Shown here: positions 1 through 10,853 of the stretch, piece after piece | Position numbering within the stretch: position 1 is the first letter of the stretch | How the letters are laid out: every line of letters begins with the position of its first letter | Assembly (NCBI GenBank): GCA_965222375.1 | Contig: CBDCTZ010000015.1 | Location: forward strand, 576,001-640,000 | Direction of reading: 5' to 3' | DNA from: Polyangiaceae bacterium | GTDB taxonomy: Bacteria > Myxococcota_A > Polyangia > Polyangiales > Polyangiaceae | DNA length: 64,000 nucleotides | Notes under the pieces: model-generated | Told to the model about the DNA's origin: nothing | Databases searched by the model: none | The model's input: the letters and a program-made list of their open reading frames with translations, nothing else | Position numbers and translations under genes: made by a program

Positions 1-1
1 T

Positions 2-1219
2 CTCGACCCAATGCTCCAGCTCGCGCACGTTGCCGGGCCAGCGATGGCGCCGCAGTTTATCGAGCGCTGCCGGTGCAAATTGTGGCATGGGGCGGCCATA
101 GCGCTCGGCATAGCGTTCAGCGAAGTGGCGCGCGAGGATCTCGACTTCAGCGGCACCGCGCTCTCGCAAGGGCGGCACGTCGATCTCCACGACCCGCACG
201 CGGTAGTAGAGGTCTTCGCGGAAGCGTCCCTCTTTGACGAGTTGTTTCAGATTGCGATGCGTCGCACATAGGATGCGGACGTCGCAGGTCAGAGTCTCTC
301 GACCCCCAACGCGTTCGAAAGCGCGCTCCTGTAGGAAGCGGAGCAGCTTGCCCTGCATTTCCTGGGGCAGTTCCCCGATCTCGTCCAGAAACAGCGTGCC
401 ACCTTCGGCCAGCTCGACCTTGCCGCGTACGCGGCGATCCGCTCCGGTGAAGGCACCCCGTTCGTGACCAAAGAGCTCGCTCTCGACCAACTCGCGGGGC
501 AGCGTGGTGCAGTCCACGATCACGAAGGGACCCGCTTGGCGGGCGGAGTTCACGTGGATGGCTCGAGCCAGCAGGCCCTTGCCCGTACCCGTTTCACCGC
601 TGAGCAACACGGCCGCATCGGTCTGTGCGGAAAGCGCAATGCGCTCATACACCTTCTTCATGGCGGAGCTGCGACCTACGATGCGATTGAAGGGGCCCCG
701 CAGGGTAACGCCAGGTTCGGAGGCGACTTCTGCGCGCAGGGTCGTCATCGACAGCGCGCGCCCCAACTGCACGGACAGAGCGTTCAGGTAGCGCTCGTCG
801 TCGGAGTCGAAGGGCCCAGCAGCCTTGTTGAGCAGCTGCACCACGCCTCGCACCGGCGCGCGTTCGTGCTCACGAATCGGCACGACCAGCATGGAGCGGG
901 TGGTGTAGCCGGTAACGCGATCTGCGCTCGGGTCGAAGCGTTCATCGTTGGCTGCGTCGTCAACGCGCACCGTCTCGCCGGTTCGCGCAACGTATCCCGC
1001 GATGCCTCGGCTCAAGGGCTGGCGCAGTTCACCCAGCTCCGGCAACAGCGCGACGCGGGTTACGAGCTCTCCCCGCTCCGCGTCGAAAAGCCAAATACTC
1101 GCTCGATCGGCGGCGAGGGCCTCCGACAACCGCTCGCAGGCCGACGAGAGCAGAGTGTCGAGATCCACCTCGCGCGCAAGGAGCGAAGAGAGGTCCACGA
1201 GCAGTGACAAGCGGGACAT
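2..1219 (-). CDS. GAF-domain sigma54-dependent transcriptional activator (bEBP), 3' end runs off the window
   Basis: Not in the ORF track (no stop in window). Manual translation from ATG 1219: [20 protein letters not shown]..., GAF with [22 protein letters not shown] and LNK..F...DE, then GETGTGK (Walker A), [34 protein letters not shown]. Confidence 0.93.
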   Translation of the reverse strand, partial: MSRLSLLVDLSSLLAREVDLDTLLSSACERLSEALAADRASIWLFDAERGELVTRVALLPELGELRQPLSRGIAGYVARTGETVRVDDAANDERFDPSADRVTGYTTRSMLVVPIREHERAPVRGVVQLLNKAAGPFDSDDERYLNALSVQLGRALSMTTLRAEVASEPGVTLRGPFNRIVGRSSAMKKVYERIALSAQTDAAVLLSGETGTGKGLLARAIHVNSARQAGPFVIVDCTTLPRELVESELFGHERGAFTGADRRVRGKVELAEGGTLFLDEIGELPQEMQGKLLRFLQERAFERVGGRETLTCDVRILCATHRNLKQLVKEGRFREDLYYRVRVVEIDVPPLRERGAAEVEILARHFAERYAERYGRPMPQFAPAALDKLRRHRWPGNVRELEHWVE

Positions 1220-1341
1220 GGCCAACGGAGCAGAGTCGAGGGTAGTGCATTTGGGGGCCGCACTGTCCCGAGGCGGCTTTTGACCCAAGTCGACGCCAAA
1301 TTCCCCCTGCTTGGCGCTGGGGGCGTCTGGCTGGGGGAGGT

Positions 1342-2193
1342 TCAAGCGGCAACTCCCTTCGCGGTAGGCAGCTCCAGGCTCAAGCCCTCGCGAGCGGCAT
1401 GGGACTCAGTGAAGAGTTCGCGAGTCCGTCGTTCCAGTTCCAGCACCTCGACGTCGCTGCGCTTTGGGTCGTGGTGGAAGAGCAGGTACTTGCCGACACC
1501 CGCTGCGTTGGCCAAGGCGGCGCCCGCTTCGTAGGTAGAGTGCCCCCAACCGACTTTGGAGGGTCCACCCTCGCCACTGTATTCAGCGGGGGTGTACTGG
1601 GAATCGTAGATCAGAATGTCAGCTCCTTCAGCCAGTTTGCACAAGGCCGGGTCGACGCAGGCGTAGTGCTCCGTATCGGTTGCGTACACGACGCTCCGAC
1701 CTTCGTAGTCGATTCGATAGGCCATGCTGCCGCCCGGGTGGTTCAGCTTGGCGACGGTCACCTGGCTGCTGCCAACCTCGAAGGTCTCGCCGGGGTGCAC
1801 GTCCCGGGTGGAAAGCCGCGACGGAACCTGGTCGAGCCGAACCGGGAAGACAGGGCTTTGCATCTGGTACTCCAGAACCTCGTGCATCGAGCAACGTTCA
1901 GCCGCGGGTCCGATGACCTCGAGCAGCGTGCTCGGCAAGTAGATGGGCACGAAGAAGGGCAAGCCCTGGATGTGATCCCAATGGTGATGGCTGAGTAGCA
2001 TCGTGGCTTTCACCTCGCCTTCGCTCAGCAGCTGGTCACCCAGCGCGCGCAGACCCGTACCCGCGTCCAAGATGATGCGCTCGCTGCCACAGCGCACCTC
2101 CACGCAACTGGTGTTGCCGCCAATCTCGGCGGTCGCCGGGCCCGGTGCTGCGATGCTTCCACGTACGCCCCAGAATCGAATTTTCATGCTCAT
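1342..2193 (-). CDS. MBL-fold metallo-hydrolase (RNase Z/phosphodiesterase-like)
   Basis: [29 protein letters not shown] (HxHxDH), WGHST, LFHHDP; AGGAGG RBS before ATG 2193. Confidence 0.9.
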   Translation of the reverse strand: MSMKIRFWGVRGSIAAPGPATAEIGGNTSCVEVRCGSERIILDAGTGLRALGDQLLSEGEVKATMLLSHHHWDHIQGLPFFVPIYLPSTLLEVIGPAAERCSMHEVLEYQMQSPVFPVRLDQVPSRLSTRDVHPGETFEVGSSQVTVAKLNHPGGSMAYRIDYEGRSVVYATDTEHYACVDPALCKLAEGADILIYDSQYTPAEYSGEGGPSKVGWGHSTYEAGAALANAAGVGKYLLFHHDPKRSDVEVLELERRTRELFTESHAAREGLSLELPTAKGVAA

Positions 2194-2221
2194 GTTTCCT
2201 CCTGTGTTTGCGCTAAGCCAT

Positions 2222-2237
2222 TGCGACAGCCGTGCCG
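2222..2237 (-). promoter_or_regulatory. Putative sigma54 -24/-12 promoter for the MBL hydrolase gene
   Basis: Minus strand CGGCACG-GCTG-TCGCA (GG-N10-GC), ~30 nt upstream of the start codon. Confidence 0.6.
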
Positions 2238-2248
2238 TTGCAAAGCCC

Positions 2249-2307
2249 CGCAAAAACGAGGGGTTTTTGCGTTCGTCGCACCAGAATGGCGCGCCAAATT
2301 GGGGCGC
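2249..2307. promoter_or_regulatory. A-tract inverted repeat plus tandem NtrC-like enhancer boxes
   Basis: CGCAAAAAC-N5-GTTTTTGCG at 2249-2271; GCAC-CAGAATG-GCGC (2278-2292) and GCGC-CAAATTG-GGGC (2291-2305) resemble GCAC-N7-GTGC. Confidence 0.45.
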
Positions 2308-2418
2308 CGTATCGGCGCCGCGCAACAGCGATCGCGTCGGGCGCACAGGGGGCCAGCGCACCGAGCAGCTTGCGTGGGTGAGTGGACGAGTGCGACGGCC
2401 GCCCGGGCTCGGGTCTGG

Positions 2419-3747
2419 TTAGCGCCCTTCGCCCATACCGTGCTTGCGCATGAGCTTCTGCATCATCTGGCGGGAGACTTCGGCCACTGCCGCCGCTCGA
2501 GTGATGTTGCCCTCGGTGCGCGCCAATACTTGGTTCAGATACTCCTGCTCGAAGTCGTCGCCGGCTTGGCGCCGCGCCAGACGCAGCGGCATCACGCTGT
2601 CGCCGTCGACCCACTTCGGCGCAGCCTTGCTTCCAGTCTCCGTGACCACACCGGTGGCGAGAGGTCGCTCGGGCATGATGGTCAAGCGTCGAACGGCGTT
2701 TCGCAGCTCGCGCACGTTGCCCGGCCAGCGGTGGGCCCGAAACATTTCCCAGACGTCCGGAGGCACGTCGGATAGACGCTTCGGCGGCCGCTCCATGGCG
2801 AGAAAATGCTCCACCAGCATCTCGAGGTCTTCCATGCGGTCCCGCAGCGGCGGCACCAGCACGTGTCCCTGAGCCAGCCGGAAGTAGAGGTCTTGGCGAA
2901 AGCTACCCTTCTCTACCTCTGCGCGGAGGTTGCGATTGGTCGCGGCAATGATTCGAACGTCGACTTCAATGGTCCCCCGGCCGCCTACCCGACGGATCTC
3001 TCGCTTTTCCAAGACCCGCAGCAGCTTGGGCTGCAGCTCGAGGGGCAATTCGCCGATCTCGTCTAGAAACAGCGTGCCGCCGTTGGCCTGTTCGAACACC
3101 CCGGCATGGGTGCCATGGGCGCCCGTGAAGGAGCCCCGTTCGTGCCCGAACAGCTCGCTCTCGATGACTGTCGAGGCCACAGCTCCACAGTCGAACACCA
3201 CGAACGGCGCGTTGGCCCGAGCCGATTCCCCGTGGACGGCTTCAGCGACCAAGTCTTTGCCAGTTCCAGTTTCCCCTTCGACCAGCAAAGTCACATCCGT
3301 CGCCGCAATGCGATCGAGATCCGCAAACAGCTCGCGAATGCGCGGCGCCTTGCCCAGCACATCGCCGAAGCGGTCCATGGCGACCTGCACACGGCCCACG
3401 GTTTCTTCCAGCCAATTGACCGCCAGCCAGGTCTCGCCCAGGGCAATCTGAAAATCTCCGGGAACGAACGCGTCCCGGACGCGAACACCGCCAAGCATGA
3501 TGCCGTTGGTCGACGCCACGTCCCGCACACGCATGCCCAAAGGCGTGGGCTCGAGCTCCGCATGTCGGCGGCTCACGGTGTCGTCAGTGAGCACGATTTC
3601 GTTTTCAGGTGCGGTGCCGATTCGAATTGGCAAGCCCGCGCTTTCGTGGCTGGCGCCGACGTTTGGCCCTCGAGTTACGCTGACGCGAGTCTTGGCGTAG
3701 CGCACCACCGTGGGAACGGGGCGCGCGCGAGTAGGCCCTTCGCTCAT
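2419..3747 (-). CDS. FHA-domain sigma54-dependent Fis-family transcriptional regulator
   Basis: FHA (IGT..VSRRHA..D..STNG), [39 protein letters not shown]-terminal [17 protein letters not shown]. Confidence 0.93.
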   Translation of the reverse strand: MSEGPTRARPVPTVVRYAKTRVSVTRGPNVGASHESAGLPIRIGTAPENEIVLTDDTVSRRHAELEPTPLGMRVRDVASTNGIMLGGVRVRDAFVPGDFQIALGETWLAVNWLEETVGRVQVAMDRFGDVLGKAPRIRELFADLDRIAATDVTLLVEGETGTGKDLVAEAVHGESARANAPFVVFDCGAVASTVIESELFGHERGSFTGAHGTHAGVFEQANGGTLFLDEIGELPLELQPKLLRVLEKREIRRVGGRGTIEVDVRIIAATNRNLRAEVEKGSFRQDLYFRLAQGHVLVPPLRDRMEDLEMLVEHFLAMERPPKRLSDVPPDVWEMFRAHRWPGNVRELRNAVRRLTIMPERPLATGVVTETGSKAAPKWVDGDSVMPLRLARRQAGDDFEQEYLNQVLARTEGNITRAAAVAEVSRQMMQKLMRKHGMGEGR

Positions 3748-3758
3748 GACGGGACAGT

Positions 3759-5219
3759 TTATCGCACAGGGGGCAAGCGCCGGCTAGCCGAGCGCCTGCG
3801 CCTCAAAAGCCCCAAAACCAGGGCAAGCGCGAAGAATCCGGAGGGTGCGGGGCCAGCCCGCAGCTGGCAGCCTCCCTCGGATCCGGAGCGACGCAAGCTG
3901 GTGTTGTTTGGGCCAGAAGGTCCAGCGGGGTAGCAGGCATCGCCGAACCCAGTCGGATCTTCTTGATTCGGATTGGCAACGCCGGGGCAGTTGTCCGCCA
4001 GATTCGGGATGCCATCTCCGTCCAAGTCGTCATCGCAATCGTCGCCGACCCCGTCACCGTCCGTGTCTTGTTGGCTGGCCGTGGGATTGCGAGGGCACAG
4101 ATCCTGGTCGTCGGGGATGCCATCACCATCGTCGTCGTCATCGCAGGCATTGCCGACGCCATCGCCGTCAGTGTCGAGCTGTTCCGGATCATACACGTTG
4201 GGGCAGACGTCGATGTCGTCGGAAACGCCATCTGAGTCCGAATCGCCATCGCAGGCATCACCCACGCCGTTCTTGTCGCTGTCCAGCTGGTCGGAATTGC
4301 TGACCTTCGGGCAGTTGTCCGCAGCGTCCGCTACGCCATCACCATCGTCGTCGGGATCACAGACATCCCCGGCGCCGTCTTTGTCCGTATCCAATTGGTT
4401 GGCATTCTTTGTGCTCGGGCAGTTGTCCTTATCGTCGGTGACGCCATCGCCGTCGGCGTCAGCGCTTCCACACGTCGGGTCTTTCGCAAACCCGTCCGCG
4501 GGAGACTTTTTGAGCCGCTCCTCGGTCTGAGGCCCGTAGTCCCCGTCCTCGGTGATCGGGTCGCCCGGGTTGTTCAAGTTCCAGAGCATCTGGAAGGCAA
4601 GCACGTCCTTGCCTTTGAGGTTCTTCGTGCCAGGGCCCTTGTAGTCGAAGTGCACTTTGTCAGCGCTGCCAAACCACTTGAAGCCTTGCTGCGTGAGGGG
4701 CGCGTTCCAGCTGGAATACTGGCTGGTGTCGATGGCGAGGCCGGACTCGTGGTTGGAATTGCCAGGATAAGCCGCCAAGCCAATGCCGCACTTTTTCAGC
4801 TGCCCCCAGCGGTAGAGCAGGTACTGCTGAGCAACGGTGCGGAACATGGAGTTCACCGTCATGCTCTTGCTCGGGTTCGCATCCAGCGCTTTTACCAATG
4901 CGTCCTTGGCGGCGGGCTGCATGTAGGGGAAAGCTGCGGCGCCGAAAGTGATGTTTGGCCGATTCGGAACAACAGTCATGACACCCGGGATGATGCAGTT
5001 CATCTGGGCGACAATCTGCTCGGACAAGCCCTTCACGCTCGTCGTGGTGCAACTGGCCTGAGACGCCTCGTACACGCTGCTACCGAGGGGCAGCGTGACG
5101 CTGGCGACATCTTCGGGCTCGTGGGCGTGTGGTTCGTGCTCCGGAGCCGTCTCGACAGAGCACGCGCTGACGGCTAGGGGTACGAGCCCAAGAACGATGT
5201 GGCGTAGCGGGATGCGCAT
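3759..5219 (-). CDS. M15-family (D,D-carboxypeptidase-like) peptidase lipoprotein with TSP3 repeats and MYXO-CTERM-like tail
   Basis: Lipobox-like [28 protein letters not shown] (SxHxxGxAxD), [18 protein letters not shown]-binding-like segment; five DxDGDG..DNCP/..GDACD units; GGC-x-hydrophobic-RRRR C-terminus. Confidence 0.8.
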   Translation of the reverse strand: MRIPLRHIVLGLVPLAVSACSVETAPEHEPHAHEPEDVASVTLPLGSSVYEASQASCTTTSVKGLSEQIVAQMNCIIPGVMTVVPNRPNITFGAAAFPYMQPAAKDALVKALDANPSKSMTVNSMFRTVAQQYLLYRWGQLKKCGIGLAAYPGNSNHESGLAIDTSQYSSWNAPLTQQGFKWFGSADKVHFDYKGPGTKNLKGKDVLAFQMLWNLNNPGDPITEDGDYGPQTEERLKKSPADGFAKDPTCGSADADGDGVTDDKDNCPSTKNANQLDTDKDGAGDVCDPDDDGDGVADAADNCPKVSNSDQLDSDKNGVGDACDGDSDSDGVSDDIDVCPNVYDPEQLDTDGDGVGNACDDDDDGDGIPDDQDLCPRNPTASQQDTDGDGVGDDCDDDLDGDGIPNLADNCPGVANPNQEDPTGFGDACYPAGPSGPNNTSLRRSGSEGGCQLRAGPAPSGFFALALVLGLLRRRRSASRRLPPVR

Positions 5220-5228
5220 CTCGGGATC

Positions 5229-6692
5229 CTAGCAATCGCGACCAGTCGAACGCCGACGTCGCAACACCCCCGCCATGACGAAGAGAACCAGCGCGCCGGC
5301 GGAGCCTGAGTTACCCGCCCCGACCTGGCACCCGCCCTCGGAGCCGGAGTTTTGCAGCGTGGTCTTCTGCGTGTTTCCTCCCGCGCCGCCGCCGGCACCG
5401 CTGCCGCCGGTTCCGACGATCCCGACGCAGGCGTCGCCAACACCGTCATCGTCGGCGTCGGCCTGGTCCATATTCGGGACGGTGGGGCAGTTGTCTACTC
5501 CGTCCGCAACGCCGTCATCGTCATCATCACCGTCGCATGCATCACCGAGGCCATCGCCGTCGGTATCGACCTGCAAGGGGTCTGGCGTGTTCGGGCACAA
5601 ATCATCGGCGTCGGCTACGCCATCGCCGTCTACATCCCCTTCACAGGCGTCGCCCACGCCATCTTTGTTGGCGTCGAGCTGGTCCGCGTTGGACACCTTG
5701 GGGCAGTTGTCCGCGCCGTCCGCAACGCCATCCTCGTCGTCGTCGCCGTCGCAAGCGTCACCCTGGGCGTCTCCGTCGGTGTTGAGCTGCCCGGCATTCT
5801 TGGTCAGCGGGCAGTTGTCCTGCCCGTCGGCCACCCCATCGCCGTCGTCGTCGGAGTCGCAGGCATCACCCTGTCCGTCCTTGTCCGTGTCGGTTTGCTT
5901 CGCGTTCTTCACCGACACGCAATTGTCGGAGCTGTCCGCCACGCCATCGCCATCTTTGTCTGCGGGTTGAGTGACGCAACTTCCGGTCGCCGTGAATAGC
6001 TTGATATCGGCGCCGTAGTAGAACTTGAGGATCTGCTTGTAGTCGTAGCCCTTGGTGTTCTCGAGACAGCGCGCTCCCCACTGCGCCATGCAGCCGCGGT
6101 TTTGCCCGAACACGGACTGACCGGGTGGGATGTAGCCCAGAGTCGTCATCTTGACGCCGGCACCAGTCTTGCCCTCGTTGTAGGTGACGTACTTTTCCGT
6201 TGACCCCGAGCTTCCCTTGCAGCTGCTCGGATTGACCGTGTTGTCCCCGGCGACATAGAAGCCGTAGGTCAGGTAGCCTGTGTGCGACAGGTACACGCCC
6301 GAGGTTTCCTTGACCGCCTGATACGCCTCGGCCTTCGGCTTGGCTCCGCAGCTGTAGACCTGGCAGCCCTGGCTGTCGCAGATGCTGCCCTTGGTCGCCA
6401 TGTTGTAGTAGGCAACGGAGCGTGCGGCGATGGCCTGGGCCTTCAGTGCTTCCAGATTCGCGCCGCCGTTCTCGCAGGTGATCACATTGGGCAGGTAGTC
6501 GTTCTCCATGCTCTTGGTGCCCTTGCCCTCTACAAGCACGTTGCAATAGGCCTTGGCCAAGGGCGCCGCCACCGCCTCTTGGAGCTGCCCAACCGTTTCC
6601 CCGGGTTCCGGGTCTCCCGCCCCGCAGCCCACGACTGAGATCGAAAGCGCGCCAAACAGACCACCGACTACCGAAGCTCGAATTGCGCGCAT
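5229..6692 (-). CDS. SpoIID/LytB-domain lipoprotein with TSP3 repeats and MYXO-CTERM-like tail
   Basis: Lipobox-like [45 protein letters not shown] are SpoIID hallmarks; five TSP3 units; [19 protein letters not shown]. Confidence 0.85.
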   Translation of the reverse strand: MRAIRASVVGGLFGALSISVVGCGAGDPEPGETVGQLQEAVAAPLAKAYCNVLVEGKGTKSMENDYLPNVITCENGGANLEALKAQAIAARSVAYYNMATKGSICDSQGCQVYSCGAKPKAEAYQAVKETSGVYLSHTGYLTYGFYVAGDNTVNPSSCKGSSGSTEKYVTYNEGKTGAGVKMTTLGYIPPGQSVFGQNRGCMAQWGARCLENTKGYDYKQILKFYYGADIKLFTATGSCVTQPADKDGDGVADSSDNCVSVKNAKQTDTDKDGQGDACDSDDDGDGVADGQDNCPLTKNAGQLNTDGDAQGDACDGDDDEDGVADGADNCPKVSNADQLDANKDGVGDACEGDVDGDGVADADDLCPNTPDPLQVDTDGDGLGDACDGDDDDDGVADGVDNCPTVPNMDQADADDDGVGDACVGIVGTGGSGAGGGAGGNTQKTTLQNSGSEGGCQVGAGNSGSAGALVLFVMAGVLRRRRSTGRDC

Positions 6693-6754
6693 GTTGGTTC
6701 AGTCTAGCTCGAAGAATGGAAGTGGATGGATCCCGGGCGGGGTGCGCAAATGTA

Positions 6755-6770
6755 GGCAAGCCTGGGTCCA
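6755..6770 (-). promoter_or_regulatory. Possible sigma54 promoter for the SpoIID/M15 operon
   Basis: Minus strand TGGACCC-AGGC-TTGCC (GG-N10-GC) ~60 nt upstream of ATG 6692. Confidence 0.4.
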
Positions 6771-6844
6771 ATGCCCGGAGCGACGCGATTTCGCGGACTT
6801 GGACCCGCTTTGCTGCCCCCAAAGTGCCAACACCGCAACCAAAG

Positions 6845-6867
6845 GGTGCCAACTGATAGTTGGCACC
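6845..6867. promoter_or_regulatory. Perfect inverted repeat, probable transcription-factor site
   Basis: GGTGCCAACT-GAT-AGTTGGCACC; extra half-site GTGCCAAC at 6824-6831. Confidence 0.55.
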
Positions 6868-7020
6868 TGGCGCTTTGGCGCCCTGGAGGCGGCGCTATCC
6901 GCGGCGGGCCAATCAGTGTTGCACGCGCAACTCTGGGTGGGCGGCGTGCGGGGGTGGTCGATCAGCGTTGCAGGCGCAACTCTGGGAGGCGGCGCGTGAC
7001 TGACGGCTCGCAGGTCCCTG

Positions 7021-8535
7021 TTAAGTGCGAACATGAGCGCCTAACGCATCGAGCAAACCCGCAACTGTGTACTCGCTGGCCGTCAGCGTAGGCTCGATGC
7101 CCCGCGCCTGCGCAGCGCGAGTAGTCACTGGCCCGATGCTCGCCACGACAACCTGCGATAGGAGCTCTTTGGCTTCGGCTCCGAGAAGCTCGCAAGTGGA
7201 AGCTACCGTGGACCCCGACGTGAACATGATGACGTCTAGTTGACCCGAGCGGAGGCGCTCCGCGAGTTCCGCCCCCCGCGAAGCCGCCACAGGACGGGTT
7301 TCGTAGGCGGATACGACGTTCACATCGAAGCCGGCGTCCCTCAACATCTCGGGAAGGGTCTCCCGGGCGCTGAGGGCACGCGGAATGAGCACGCGCCCCC
7401 GGGCAGATCCCCGGAGCAGCTCTTGGGCCAAACTCTCGCCCACGAACTCTTTCGCTACGACGTCACTCCGGATGCCGTACTTCGCGAGAGCGTCCGCGGT
7501 CTTGGGACCGATCACCCCAACGCGAACCGAGCCCAAAGCACGCGCGTCTTTACCCGCCGCAGCCAGGGCCGAAAAGAAACGATCCACTCCGTTGGCGCTC
7601 GTGAACAAGACCCAGCTGTACTGCTCGAGCTGTCCAATCGCCTGCTTCATCGGGCCCGAGTCCGGCGGATCGCAGATCTCGATTACGGGGAACAACACCG
7701 GTTCGGCGCCGCGACCGCGGATAGCCTCCGCTGTCGCCCGGGCTTGATGCGCAGCCCTGGGCACCAAGATGTGTTTGCCGAATAGCGGTCGGTTGTCGAA
7801 CCAGCGGAGCTTTTCGCGCAGGCTGACGATCTCGCCAACCACGATAATCGCGGGGTTTGACAGGCCCTCATCCCGCGCGCGTTGCGCAATGTTGGCGAGC
7901 TGCCCCGTCGCGACCCGCTGAGCCGGACGGGCGCCCCATTGGATCACCGCCGCGGGAGTCGCCGGGGAGCGACCTCCATCGATGATGGCTTGGGTGATCT
8001 CTTCGATTCTGCGCATGCCCATGAGTACGCAAATCGTGTCCGTCGCCGTGGCCAGCTTCTTCCAGGCCGCCGGCGACCACTCCTTACCCGCCTTGTCGCT
8101 TCCAGTAATGAAAGTGGCACTGGAAGACAGGTCCCGGTGAGTGAGCGACATGCCGGCATAGGTCGTTGCTCCCACGGGTGAAGGGATCCCGGGTACGACC
8201 TCGAAGCGCACTCCCGCTGCATCCAGAGCTTCGGCTTCTTCGGAGCCCCGAGCGAAGAGAAACGGGTCGCCGCCCTTGAGCCGGACGACGTTCTTTCCTG
8301 CACGCGCCAGCCCGATCAGCTGCCGCGTGATCGAGTCTTGAGTGGGGCTCTCGACATTATAGCGCTTGCCGACATCTCGCTTCTCAGCAGCCGGGCACTC
8401 GTCGAGCAGCGCGGAGTGCGCAAGCGCGTCGTAGAGCACGACGTCCGCGCCCCGCAGGGCCTGCAACCCTCGTACGGTTATCAATCCCGGGTCCCCAGGT
8501 CCGGACCCGACCAACCACACCTTGCCCTTCGTCAT
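7021..8535 (-). CDS. cobA: Uroporphyrinogen-III C-methyltransferase / uroporphyrinogen-III synthase fusion (CobA/HemD)
   Basis: [36 protein letters not shown], then Hem[27 protein letters not shown]; start may be a few codons upstream. Confidence 0.93.
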   Translation of the reverse strand: MTKGKVWLVGSGPGDPGLITVRGLQALRGADVVLYDALAHSALLDECPAAEKRDVGKRYNVESPTQDSITRQLIGLARAGKNVVRLKGGDPFLFARGSEEAEALDAAGVRFEVVPGIPSPVGATTYAGMSLTHRDLSSSATFITGSDKAGKEWSPAAWKKLATATDTICVLMGMRRIEEITQAIIDGGRSPATPAAVIQWGARPAQRVATGQLANIAQRARDEGLSNPAIIVVGEIVSLREKLRWFDNRPLFGKHILVPRAAHQARATAEAIRGRGAEPVLFPVIEICDPPDSGPMKQAIGQLEQYSWVLFTSANGVDRFFSALAAAGKDARALGSVRVGVIGPKTADALAKYGIRSDVVAKEFVGESLAQELLRGSARGRVLIPRALSARETLPEMLRDAGFDVNVVSAYETRPVAASRGAELAERLRSGQLDVIMFTSGSTVASTCELLGAEAKELLSQVVVASIGPVTTRAAQARGIEPTLTASEYTVAGLLDALGAHVRT

Positions 8536-8865
8536 GCTGGTCGCGACCGACCCTAACTCAGGGCGACCCAGCTGCGACGGCCTCGTCACTGGGCCTGCCC
8601 GCGGGTGGAGGTGCTCGGCGAGGCTCAGGTCCCGCTCTTTAGCCCGGTCTACCCCGGCACATCCATGGCGAAAGCGGCGAACGGCCGTTCACCTGTACGC
8701 ACCTTCAGCTGGGATCGCGAGCGCTGCAACCACACAAAACCATTGGACATTTTTCTGACACCTGAAAATCTGTCTTGACTTTGATGAGCGGACAGGCCAC
8801 ATCCACCCACCTTGTGAGTACCTGTAGGTGGGCCCTCGGTACTCCAGCAATTCGAGGAGTGCTCA

Positions 8866-9699
8866 ATGCACGCGGTTGAAGTGAGTGGGGTTACGCCCGT
8901 CACGGGCGAAGATCAGTGGTTCGTGACGAACGGTTTGGAGGCCGTTGGTCCCGTTTCGTTCGGGTTGATGCAGCGGGGTCTGGAGGCCGGCCGCATCCCG
9001 GTGGATTCCTTTGTTCGGCATTCATCCTGGAAGGTGTGGCGCAAGCTGCGCGACATCGAAGGCCTTTCCAAAAAACAGCGCGAGAAGAAAGTCGCGGAGT
9101 TGGCCGAGGTTTCTGCCGCTGTCGAGGCCCGCGCCAGCGATCCCCGCAACGAAGCGCCTCCGCCGCCGCCCGCCGAGGAACTAGAAGGCCCCGCGAATGA
9201 CGCCACGCCGCCATCCCTGCAGCCTCCGAACATCGACCCGGAAACGGTTTTCGCCTCCGCAGAAGATCTGGAGCAGGCGTTCTTGCTCGCACTGTCCACC
9301 TCAGTGACCGCCGCTAGCGCACACATCGGCTTGATTCACGTGGTCCGCCCCGATCTAAAGACCACGGCATGCTCCTTTGCGCAGGGCCATGGCGTCGAGG
9401 CTCTACTCGGAGAGCGCATGGCGGAAAACGACCCAGCGTTGCTCGCTGCCCAAGCCGGCCACACAGTCATGGGCGAGATGCGCCTCGGTGAGGCTGGCAA
9501 GCACATCGCTGGTCGAGTGGCTCGGGCGCTCCCAGGTCCCCGGGGTGTTGCCATGGTACCGGTGCGCATGAACGGTGCGCTCTTGGCGCTGATCGAACTC
9601 GGTCGCTCCACGCGGCCCTTCCGAGCGCGTGAGATTGCCCCGGTAGAAGCCGTGGCCGACGCCCTGGTCGCACGGATCGAGGAAACGGGCTGGCTCTAG
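8866..9699 (+). CDS. GYF_2/DUF4339-like domain + Pro-rich linker + GAF-like domain protein
   Basis: W..T....VGPVS......GRI..DSFVR....KVW pattern; PPPPP linker; C-terminal VAMVPVRMNGALLALIELGR..PF...EI GAF-like; GAGGAG RBS. Confidence 0.6.
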   Translation: MHAVEVSGVTPVTGEDQWFVTNGLEAVGPVSFGLMQRGLEAGRIPVDSFVRHSSWKVWRKLRDIEGLSKKQREKKVAELAEVSAAVEARASDPRNEAPPPPPAEELEGPANDATPPSLQPPNIDPETVFASAEDLEQAFLLALSTSVTAASAHIGLIHVVRPDLKTTACSFAQGHGVEALLGERMAENDPALLAAQAGHTVMGEMRLGEAGKHIAGRVARALPGPRGVAMVPVRMNGALLALIELGRSTRPFRAREIAPVEAVADALVARIEETGWL

Positions 9700-9752
9700 C
9701 AGGCTTCAATCCCCTGCATTGATGCCTGCGGGCGCGTGATACAGTCCCGCCC

Positions 9753-10175
9753 ATGTTCGCCGGCCGCGCCGTCCGACTCGTCGTAGTTGCCGTGGCTCTG
9801 CTGAGCTTCGGTTGTGCGCAAGACTGCGAAACGACGAGTTCGGCATCTGTGGTCTACAAGGGCGGCAACGTCGACCCGAGCGGTACTGTGTACGAAACCA
9901 GCGCCTGGGACGAGCCATGGCTACATTTCCCCGCCGGTCGCCGCTTCGTCCTCGAACACGAGCTGGGCCAGAAGCCCTATGTGCTCAACACCTATCTTTC
10001 GTTCTCCGAAAACCCTCTGACGAGTTCGAATAACGCCTCCGAGAGCGCGGGTAACCAGGCTGTAATCGAAGCAGTAACGGACACTTTCGTGCGCATTCGC
10101 AATGACAGCTGCGCTGACTTCTACCTTCGCGTGACGGCGGCAGCTCCTCCCAGCGTCGACGCCGGCGCAGACTGA
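9753..10175 (+). CDS. Hypothetical lipoprotein
   Basis: Hydrophobic signal ending LSFGC. Confidence 0.7.
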   Translation: MFAGRAVRLVVVAVALLSFGCAQDCETTSSASVVYKGGNVDPSGTVYETSAWDEPWLHFPAGRRFVLEHELGQKPYVLNTYLSFSENPLTSSNNASESAGNQAVIEAVTDTFVRIRNDSCADFYLRVTAAAPPSVDAGAD

Positions 10176-10231
10176 AACTTTACGCGCGGCCCTCGCTCCG
10201 CTAAGAGCAGCCGCCAAACCAGGAGACAACC

Positions 10232-10768
10232 ATGCGTGCCTTCCACCTCAGTATCGTCGTCGCGTCTACCTTCGCCCTCGCCGCAGCCTGTGGTGGCGGG
10301 CAGCCCGAGCCCGTCGCCCCGGAGCCCACGCCCGAGCCCGCACCGATGCCGGAGCCCGCTCCTGAGCCGGAAGCTGCGCCCGAGTCGGAAGCCGCACCAG
10401 AGCCCGCAGCACCCCCGAAGTGGGCCGAGATGAACCACGAGCAAAAAGTAGAGCACATGAAGTCTGTCGTCATGCCGAAGATGACGGCCGTGTTCCAAGA
10501 GTTCGATGGGAAGAAGTACAAGGAGTTCGGTTGCCCGACCTGCCATGGCGAGGGCGCGAAAGAGGGCAAGTTCGAAATGCCCAACAAGAAGCTGCCCAAG
10601 CTCTCTTCCAAGAATAGCTTTGCGAAGCATATGAAGAAGGGCAGGAAGGTCACTGAGTTCATGATGCAAAAGGTCACCCCTGAAATGGCGGGCACCTTGG
10701 GCACCGAGCCGTTCAACCCCGAGACCAAAAAAGGCTTCGGCTGCGGCGGCTGCCACGTAATGGAGTAG
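10232..10768 (+). CDS. Di-heme c-type cytochrome lipoprotein
   Basis: Lipobox LAAAC, Pro/Glu linker, two CxxCH motifs (CPTCH, CGGCH), AGGAG RBS. Confidence 0.8.
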   Translation: MRAFHLSIVVASTFALAAACGGGQPEPVAPEPTPEPAPMPEPAPEPEAAPESEAAPEPAAPPKWAEMNHEQKVEHMKSVVMPKMTAVFQEFDGKKYKEFGCPTCHGEGAKEGKFEMPNKKLPKLSSKNSFAKHMKKGRKVTEFMMQKVTPEMAGTLGTEPFNPETKKGFGCGGCHVME

Positions 10769-10853
10769 TGCGGCGCCACGACCGATCCGCGGCCCAGTCG
10801 CGGCGCGGCTCGGAGGCGTCTCGAAGCTGTATTTTGGTTGGGTCGACGCGCTT

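Noticed and set aside
11..1207. Plus-strand ORFs 11..271 and 464..1207
   Set aside because: Antisense shadows of the minus-strand GAF-sigma54 gene
3940..5960. GACGGCGATGGCG-like DNA repeats as a possible CRISPR or mobile repeat
   Set aside because: They encode TSP3 DxDGDG motifs; no constant repeat with unique spacers and no cas genes
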